Positions 57,988 through 64,000 of a DNA stretch of 64,000 nt are shown in pieces (position 1 is the first letter of the stretch; each line of letters starts with the position of its first letter). The position numbers and the translations under genes are program-made. The stretch spans positions 1 to 64,000 of the forward strand of contig JAJDET010000264.1 of NCBI GenBank assembly GCA_029259655.1, written 5' to 3'. The stretch comes from Planctomycetota bacterium. Its GTDB lineage: Bacteria > Planctomycetota > UBA1135 > GCA-002686595. A model generated the notes under the pieces. That model ran no database searches. It saw only the letters and a program-made list of their open reading frames with translations, and was not told the origin of the DNA.

Positions 57988-60900
57988 CGGGGGTTCTCCT
58001 GGGGCTCGTTCGCGTCGAAGCCCATCTTCGCCATCTGCTCGTAGATGCTCCACTGCTCGTCGATGTCGCGCTGCGCGCGGGCCATCAGTGCCTCGGCGCC
58101 GTCCGGGTTCGCGTGGTTGAGCATCGCGAAGCGCGCTTCCTTCGACGCGAACTCGCTGAAGGGCTTCGTGGGCTTGCGGCTATCGAGCTGGAAGGGGTTC
58201 TCGCCCTCGAGCTCGCGGCGCGGGTCGAAGCGGAAGAGCGGCCAGAAGCCGGTCTGGGTCGCCACTTTCTGGTGCGCCATCGCGCCGCTCATCTCGATGC
58301 CGTGCGCGATGCAGTGGCTGTAGGCGATGACCAGCGACGGCCCCGGATAGTCCTCGGCTTCCGCGAGAGCCCGGATCGTCTGACGCGGGTTCGAGCCCAT
58401 CGCGATCTGCGCCACGTAGACGTCGCCGTAGGCCATCGCGATCCGGCCGAGATCCTTCTTGCGCGTGGAGCGGCCGCCCGCGGCGAACTTCGCCACCGCC
58501 GCGCGCGGCGTCGCCTTGGACGCCTGGCCGCCGGTGTTGGAGTACACGCCCGTGTCGAGCACGATCATGTTCACGCGTCGGCCCGAGGCGAGCACGTGGT
58601 CGAGGCCGCCGAAGCCGATGTCGTAGGCCCACCCGTCTCCCCCGACGATCCAGACGCTCCGCGGCACGAGTCCCTCGGCCAGCTCGTCGAGGTCGCGCAC
58701 GCCCGGTCGGCCCACGTGCTCTCCGAGCAGCCCCCGCAGGCGCTCGACCTCGTCGCGGCGCTCGTGGATCGCCTCGGCGTCGCGAGCGCAGCGCACGAGC
58801 AGCGACTTCGCCAGCTCGGGATCGAGCTCTGCACCGATGTCGCGCAGGATCGAGCGCGCGTGGTTTCCGTGGGCTTCATAGGCCAGACGCATGCCGAGTC
58901 CGAACTCGGCGTTGTCCTCGAACAGCGAGTTGGACCACGCCGGCCCGCGACCCTCGGCGTTCGTGGACCAGGGAGTCGTCGGCAGGTTCCCGCCGTAGAT
59001 CGAGGAGCAACCGGTCGCGTTCGCGACGACGAGCCGCTCGCCGAAGAGCTGTGTCAGGAGCTTGAGGTAGGGCGTCTCGCCGCAACCCGCGCACGCACCC
59101 GAGAACTCGAAGAGCGGTTCGAGGAGCTGTGTTCCCTTGACGGTGTCTGCATCGACGCTTCGCGGATCGACCTCGGGCAAGTCGAGGAAGAACGCGAAGC
59201 TCTCGCGCTCTGCGGCGAGGTGGGGCTCGCGCGGCTCCATGTCGATCGCCTTGTGCTTGGCGACCTCCTTGCTGCGCGCCGGACAGACCTGGACGCAGAT
59301 ACCGCATCCGGTGCAGTCGTCCGGTGCGACCTGGATCGTCATGTCGCGTCCCGGAAGCGCCTTGTCCGTCCACGTGGTGGCCTTGAAGCTCGCCGGAGCG
59401 CCCTCCAGCGATTCCTCCGGATAGGCCTTCATGCGGATCGCCGCGTGCGGGCAGACCAGCGGGCAGAGGCCGCACTGTGTGCAGATCTCCGGATCCCAGA
59501 TGGGAATCTCGTGCGCGATGCCCCGCTTCTCCCACTGCGCCGTGGCGACGGGAAAGGTGCCGTCGACGGGCAGCGCGCTGACGGGCAAGAGGTCGCCCTT
59601 GCCCGCGATCATCATCCCTGTCACGCGCTGCACGAAGTCGGGAGCGGCCGCCGGCACGGGCGGCAGGCGGCGAAGGTCGCCGGCCGGTCGCGCGGGCACG
59701 TCCACTTCCTGCAACCCCTCCAGAGCCCGGTCGACCGCGCGGAAATTGCGCTCGAGAACCGTGGCCCCGCGCTTGCCGTAGGACTCGCGAATCGAGGCCT
59801 TCACGCGCTCCACTGCCTCCTCGGCGGAGCACAGGCCCGAGAGCGCGAAGAAGCAGACCTGCATCACGGTGTTGATGCGCCCCCCGAGCCCCGCCTCGCG
59901 CGCGACGCCGGCCCCGTCGACGACGAAGAACCGCAGCTCCTTCCTCAGGATCTCCTCCTGGACCTCGACCGGGAGGTGCGCCCACACCTCGCCCGGTGCA
60001 TGCGTCGTGTTGAGCAGGAAGGTGGCGCCTGTCTGGGCGCGCTCGAGCACGTCGATGCGCTCGAGGAAGGAGAACTGATGGCAGGCGACGAAGCCCGCGA
60101 GCTGGATCAGGTAGGAGCTCCCGATCGGCCGGGGACCGAACCGCAGGTGCGACACGGTGACCGAGCCCGCCTTCTTCGAGTCGTACACGAAGTAGCCCTG
60201 GGAGTAGGTGTCGGGCTGCTGGGCGATGATCTTCACCGAGCTCTTGGACGCACCGACGGTGCCGTCGCTGCCCAGGCCGTAGAAGATGGCGCGCGTCACG
60301 TCGTCGGCCTCGATCGAGAGCTCGCGGTCCCACTCCAGACTCGTGTGCGCGACGTCGTCCACGATGCCGACGGTGAAGTGGCGCTTGGGCTCGTCGCGTG
60401 CGAGCTCGTCGAAGACGGCCAGCGCCATCGCCGGCGTGAACTCCTTCGAGGACAGGCCATAGCGACCGCCGATGACGCGCGGGACGTCGTCGATCACGCC
60501 GTCCATCCGCGCCTCGGCCAGCGCCGTGACCACGTCCTGGTAGAGCGGCTCTCCGACGGCGCCCGGTTCCTTCGTGCGATCGAGGACGGCCACTGCGCGG
60601 ACCGTCGGGGGGAGCGCGGCCACGAGCTCCGCGGCGGGGAACGGGCGGAACAGGCGAACCTTGACGAACCCGAGCTTCTCACCCTCCTCCACTCTTCGTT
60701 CGACAAGCTCCTGCACGGCTCCGCAACCGGAGCCCATCAGCACGATCACACGCTCCGCCTCCGGGTGACCCACGTAGTCCACCAGGTCGTAGCGTCGTCC
60801 GGTGAGCTCGGCGAAGCGCTCCATGGCGTCGCGGACGCGACCGGGAAGCGCGTCGTAGTACGGGTTGATCGCCTCGCGCGCCTGGAAGAACACGTCCGGG

Positions 60901-61562
60901 TTCTGGGCGCTCCCGCGCAGCACCGGGCGGTCGGGATCGAGCGAGCGCGAGCGATGTGCCATGACCCATTCGCGGCGGATCATGGCGTGGATGTCCTCGT
61001 CCGACAGGGCGCAAATCTTCGCGACCTCGTGCGAGGTGCGGAAGCCGTCGAAGAAGTGCACGAACGGAATCCGTGATTCGAGCGACACGGCCTGGGAGAT
61101 CAGCGCGAAGTCGTGAGCCTCCTGGACGTCGTTCGAGCACAACATCGCCCAACCGGTCGAGCGCACCGCCATGACGTCGCTGTGGTCGCCGAAGATCGAC
61201 AACGCGTGCGTCGCGATAGTCCGGGCGGCGACGTGGATGACCGCCGGCGAGAGCTCGCCCGCGATCTTGAACATGTTGGGGATCATCAGGAGCAGGCCCT
61301 GCGACGCGGTAAAGGTCGTCGTCAGTGCGCCCCCCTGCAGCGCTCCGTGCACGACGCCCGCGGCGCCGGCCTCGCTCTGCATCTCGATCACGGAGGGTAC
61401 GGACCCGTAGGCGTTCGGGCGTCCGGCCGACGACCACGCGTCGGAGAGCTCCCCCATCGGGGAAGCGGGCGTGATCGGGTAGATCGCGATCACCTCGTTC
61501 GTACGGTAGGCGACGGAAGCCGTCGCCTCGTTGCCGTCGACGGTCATGAACCGTTCTGTCAT
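57984..61562 (-). CDS. nifJ: pyruvate:ferredoxin (flavodoxin) oxidoreductase, single-polypeptide type
   Basis: 1192 aa. N-terminus MTVDGNEATASVAYRTNEVIAIYPITPASPMGE. Two 4Fe-4S CxxCxxCxxxCP motifs. TPP-binding C-terminal domain. Confidence 0.95.
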   Translation of the reverse strand: MTERFMTVDGNEATASVAYRTNEVIAIYPITPASPMGELSDAWSSAGRPNAYGSVPSVIEMQSEAGAAGVVHGALQGGALTTTFTASQGLLLMIPNMFKIAGELSPAVIHVAARTIATHALSIFGDHSDVMAVRSTGWAMLCSNDVQEAHDFALISQAVSLESRIPFVHFFDGFRTSHEVAKICALSDEDIHAMIRREWVMAHRSRSLDPDRPVLRGSAQNPDVFFQAREAINPYYDALPGRVRDAMERFAELTGRRYDLVDYVGHPEAERVIVLMGSGCGAVQELVERRVEEGEKLGFVKVRLFRPFPAAELVAALPPTVRAVAVLDRTKEPGAVGEPLYQDVVTALAEARMDGVIDDVPRVIGGRYGLSSKEFTPAMALAVFDELARDEPKRHFTVGIVDDVAHTSLEWDRELSIEADDVTRAIFYGLGSDGTVGASKSSVKIIAQQPDTYSQGYFVYDSKKAGSVTVSHLRFGPRPIGSSYLIQLAGFVACHQFSFLERIDVLERAQTGATFLLNTTHAPGEVWAHLPVEVQEEILRKELRFFVVDGAGVAREAGLGGRINTVMQVCFFALSGLCSAEEAVERVKASIRESYGKRGATVLERNFRAVDRALEGLQEVDVPARPAGDLRRLPPVPAAAPDFVQRVTGMMIAGKGDLLPVSALPVDGTFPVATAQWEKRGIAHEIPIWDPEICTQCGLCPLVCPHAAIRMKAYPEESLEGAPASFKATTWTDKALPGRDMTIQVAPDDCTGCGICVQVCPARSKEVAKHKAIDMEPREPHLAAERESFAFFLDLPEVDPRSVDADTVKGTQLLEPLFEFSGACAGCGETPYLKLLTQLFGERLVVANATGCSSIYGGNLPTTPWSTNAEGRGPAWSNSLFEDNAEFGLGMRLAYEAHGNHARSILRDIGAELDPELAKSLLVRCARDAEAIHERRDEVERLRGLLGEHVGRPGVRDLDELAEGLVPRSVWIVGGDGWAYDIGFGGLDHVLASGRRVNMIVLDTGVYSNTGGQASKATPRAAVAKFAAGGRSTRKKDLGRIAMAYGDVYVAQIAMGSNPRQTIRALAEAEDYPGPSLVIAYSHCIAHGIEMSGAMAHQKVATQTGFWPLFRFDPRRELEGENPFQLDSRKPTKPFSEFASKEARFAMLNHANPDGAEALMARAQRDIDEQWSIYEQMAKMGFDANEPQENPR

Positions 61563-61664
61563 CGGACTCCTCTTCTTCGAGGCGCCCCGCGGAGAGAGTT
61601 CGGAACGTGGCGCTACCCTCGGATGGTAGCCGCTCGTCGGAGCGGGAACGGTTGCCGGTCGTTC

Positions 61665-62840
61665 CTAATCGGCGAGCCAGGTCTCGTGCACGTGAACCCA
61701 CTCGAGCCCGTTTGGAGCGTCCTTGGCGCGGCGGAATACGGCACTGCTCGTACGCCCCCGGGGTCCTTCTTCGCGCTCCTGCCACTCTTCGTACGTAGCG
61801 ATCCAGTGTCGATCATCGAAGGCGCGGCTCTCCTCGTTGCGCGTCCAGATCCGCATTCCGCTCCCGCGCGCCGAGCCGTGCGCGGCACGCAGCTTCACGA
61901 GGAGCGCATCGCGACGCGTCCGGACCCCGTCTGGACCGATGATCTCGAAGTCCGGCGCGAGGACGTCGGCGAAGCGCGCGTAGGTCTCGTCGTCGTCGGG
62001 CACGGAGCCCGCGAACCACGCCTCGAAGAAGCGGTGCAGCTCGCCGATCTCCCTGAGGCAGGCCTCGTTCACGTTCTCCTCCGTCGTCGGTAGATAGGGC
62101 GTGACGTCGAGAAGCTCGACGTCATCTCGCTCGCGCAGGCGGTCGAGGAACCAGTACTTGTGCCCCGAACCGAAGGTCACGAGCAGTCGCCGCCCAGGGC
62201 GCTCATCGATCGCTCGATCGATCAGCGTCATGTGTCCGCGGTTGATGTTTGTCCAGCCGCCCGGGCCGATCACATCGTTCAGAAACTCGTCGTAGGGTGC
62301 GAGCTGGCGCCGCGTCCACTCGTCGTACGCGGTCGAGTGGATGACGAGAGGGTCGTCGTCCGGACCGGGTGGTGGCTCCGCCTCGGCCGCGGCGCTCGCG
62401 CGCGCGTAGCCCAGCCGCTCCTCTTCGAACGCGGCCTCGCTCTCGAACGCGTCGATGCGCGCGCTCCTCTGGTCCGCCATCTCGCGCGTCCAGGCAGCGC
62501 ACGGGACGATCTCGAACCCCATCTCCGTGGAGAGCGGAAGGAGGACGTCGGTGTACTCGGGGAAGACGCTCAGGCGGTCGTCCTCGATCACACCGCGCTC
62601 GGTCCAGTCCTTCCAGATGCGCTCCCAGCGGTCGGACGGAATCTCGGTCAGGACCGCGTCGGGCGCGATGCGCCGGATCGTCGCGCGCAGCTCGTCGAGC
62701 CCCCAGCGCTCGCTCCGGCGATGAGCGCCGTGGATCGTCCCGAGTACGGCGACTTCGGTGCGCGTAGTCGCCGGAGCGACCTCGGGGACGGGCGCCTGGA
62801 AGGCGGCGGTGGTTGCGAGCAAGGCGCCGATGAGGATCAT
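61665..62840 (-). CDS. secreted TraB/GumN-family-like protein with a C-terminal SnoaL/NTF2-like domain
   Basis: Signal peptide. VAVLGTIHGAHRR...PDAVLTEI resembles the TraB/GumN GTxH motif. Low certainty. Confidence 0.45.
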   Translation of the reverse strand: MILIGALLATTAAFQAPVPEVAPATTRTEVAVLGTIHGAHRRSERWGLDELRATIRRIAPDAVLTEIPSDRWERIWKDWTERGVIEDDRLSVFPEYTDVLLPLSTEMGFEIVPCAAWTREMADQRSARIDAFESEAAFEEERLGYARASAAAEAEPPPGPDDDPLVIHSTAYDEWTRRQLAPYDEFLNDVIGPGGWTNINRGHMTLIDRAIDERPGRRLLVTFGSGHKYWFLDRLRERDDVELLDVTPYLPTTEENVNEACLREIGELHRFFEAWFAGSVPDDDETYARFADVLAPDFEIIGPDGVRTRRDALLVKLRAAHGSARGSGMRIWTRNEESRAFDDRHWIATYEEWQEREEGPRGRTSSAVFRRAKDAPNGLEWVHVHETWLAD

Positions 62841-62954
62841 GCCCAGAGGCTATCCACGGACGCGAAGGTCCGAAACGGCGAGACTCCCCGGAACCGTTCG
62901 CGGATCGCCCGATGCTCAGGCGCTGGCCGAGAGTCCTTGCTAGCCTGACCGGGG

Positions 62955-64000
62955 ATGAACGGAAATCGAACCACGTCGTCGGCCGCGACGGCCGTCCACT
63001 TCGCAGCGCTGCTCGCATCGGTCGGCGTCGTGATCGGTGCGGGGCGCGGTCTCGGAGAGGTCCTCGCCCAGGGTTGGCTCGACCTCGGATTTCACCGAAC
63101 CGTGTTCACGACCCTGCGGGACGAGGCGCTGAATCGGGCCGTCGCGATGGGAATCGGCGGCGCGGCGGTAGCCGCTCTGGTGTGCGTGCTCCGACTCGTC
63201 GTGCCCAGGAGCCGGCGGGTTCTCTCGCTCTCGCTGATCTCCGACATCGCTCTCGACAAGACGGTGCGGCTCCGCGCACTGATCTTCACGCTGGCGCTGG
63301 GTTGCGTCCTGATGGCGCGCTCGACGAGTCTCCTCGGGAACCTGCGCCTCGTGTACACGAGTGCCGCGCTGAGCGTGGTGGTGTTCCTCTCGGCGGCGAT
63401 CCTGGTCTCTGCATGGGTCGCGGGCCGGGTCCGCGATCCCCGCGCGGCGAGCTTCTCGGCGACCTTCGGGGCGATCTACGCGTGTGGGGCGGGCGCGCTC
63501 GTCGGCGCTCTGCAGCAGAACATCGGCGGCGGCCTCGGCCTCCTCCAGGTGGAAAACGTCTGCGGGAACGTCGGAGTCGCGATCGGTGTCGTGCTCGCGT
63601 TCATCGGTCTCCGCTCGCTCGCGCGAGAGCGCCGGCGCTTCGGTACGACGCTCTCCTGGGGGCCCCTTCTCATCCTCCTCGCCGCGTGGGGAGCGAGCTC
63701 GTTCCTGGCCCGCCCAGCACTCGTGGCGCGGAATCCAAAGAGCGTGATCCTGATCGGGATCGACACGCTGCGCGCCGACTACACGAACCTCGAGGGCGTC
63801 CCGGCGAACGGTCGCGACCTCACACCCAACATGCGCCGGGTGGCCGAGGGCGGCGTGTCGTTTCGCTCGGCCCTGTCGCAGGCGCCCTGGACGATGCCCG
63901 CCTTTGCCTCGATCTTCACCGGGCGCTACCCACGCGAGCACGGGGCTTCACATCTCCTGGCCTGGCTCGACAAGCGCGAGCTCGCACTTGCGGAGATCCT
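62955..64000 (+). CDS. membrane-anchored sulfatase/alkaline-phosphatase-superfamily protein (LtaS/EptA-like); 3'-partial at window end
   Basis: Five-TM N-terminus, then VILIGIDTLRADY and FTGRYPREHG sulfatase-family motifs. The reading frame continues past 64000. Confidence 0.7.
   Translation, partial: MNGNRTTSSAATAVHFAALLASVGVVIGAGRGLGEVLAQGWLDLGFHRTVFTTLRDEALNRAVAMGIGGAAVAALVCVLRLVVPRSRRVLSLSLISDIALDKTVRLRALIFTLALGCVLMARSTSLLGNLRLVYTSAALSVVVFLSAAILVSAWVAGRVRDPRAASFSATFGAIYACGAGALVGALQQNIGGGLGLLQVENVCGNVGVAIGVVLAFIGLRSLARERRRFGTTLSWGPLLILLAAWGASSFLARPALVARNPKSVILIGIDTLRADYTNLEGVPANGRDLTPNMRRVAEGGVSFRSALSQAPWTMPAFASIFTGRYPREHGASHLLAWLDKRELALAEI

Noticed and set aside
55302-61076. ORFs 55302-56861(-), 57801-61076(+)
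   Set aside because: Antisense to the J-like protein and to PFOR, whose identity is unambiguous.
62940-63941. ORF 62940-63941(-)
   Set aside because: The + strand frame from 62955 encodes a coherent TM plus sulfatase-family protein (VILIGIDTLRADY). The minus ORF is antisense.

Overview
High-GC (~70%) bacterial chromosomal segment with dense coding on both strands and no CRISPR array. A PFOR gene and two candidate selenoproteins suggest an anaerobic or facultative lifestyle. All calls are from reading the sequence and from recall of protein families; no database searches were run.

Main contents, in order:
- An ArsR/SRPBCC pair, a TPR/zinc-ribbon membrane protein, and an IS630-transposase HTH-only remnant.
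- Two tandem VOC/glyoxalase genes and two tandem paralogous lipoproteins.
- A same-strand tRNA array (His, an atypical Phe-like, Lys, Gln) surrounded by tRNA-derived debris, preceded by two near-identical intrinsic terminators.
- An SPFH protein, a stand-alone flavin-dependent halogenase, and a thioredoxin-fold lipoprotein with an in-frame TGA at the first redox position (U-x-x-C).
- A GAF/sigma54 activator with three upstream palindromic sites and a -24/-12 promoter, driving a four-gene PNPOx / alpha-beta hydrolase / EamA / nitroreductase operon.
- GST, an M14 carboxypeptidase, and a SelW-like gene with a C-x-x-TGA motif followed by a GNAT gene.
- A class I FBA, an ECF sigma factor fused to a transmembrane and periplasmic extension, a CBS protein, and a 1171-aa TPR-CHAT protein.
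- A VPEID-CTERM mini-substrate next to an exosortase-CPBP fusion (XrtE-like), with homopolymeric G/C tracts at both gene starts; EgtB and two FGE-family proteins.
- A Dlt-like acylation module: AMP-ligase, MBOAT, a DltX-like micro-protein ending FRYENF, a carrier protein, and two paralogous SGNH-like lipoproteins. This is the strongest candidate for an undescribed system.
- An Hsp70 operon whose J-like partner lacks the HPD motif, a PFOR gene translationally coupled to a DHOD-like gene, and a partial sulfatase at the window end.

Many long ORFs in the six-frame track are antisense or out-of-frame artefacts of the high GC content and were rejected.
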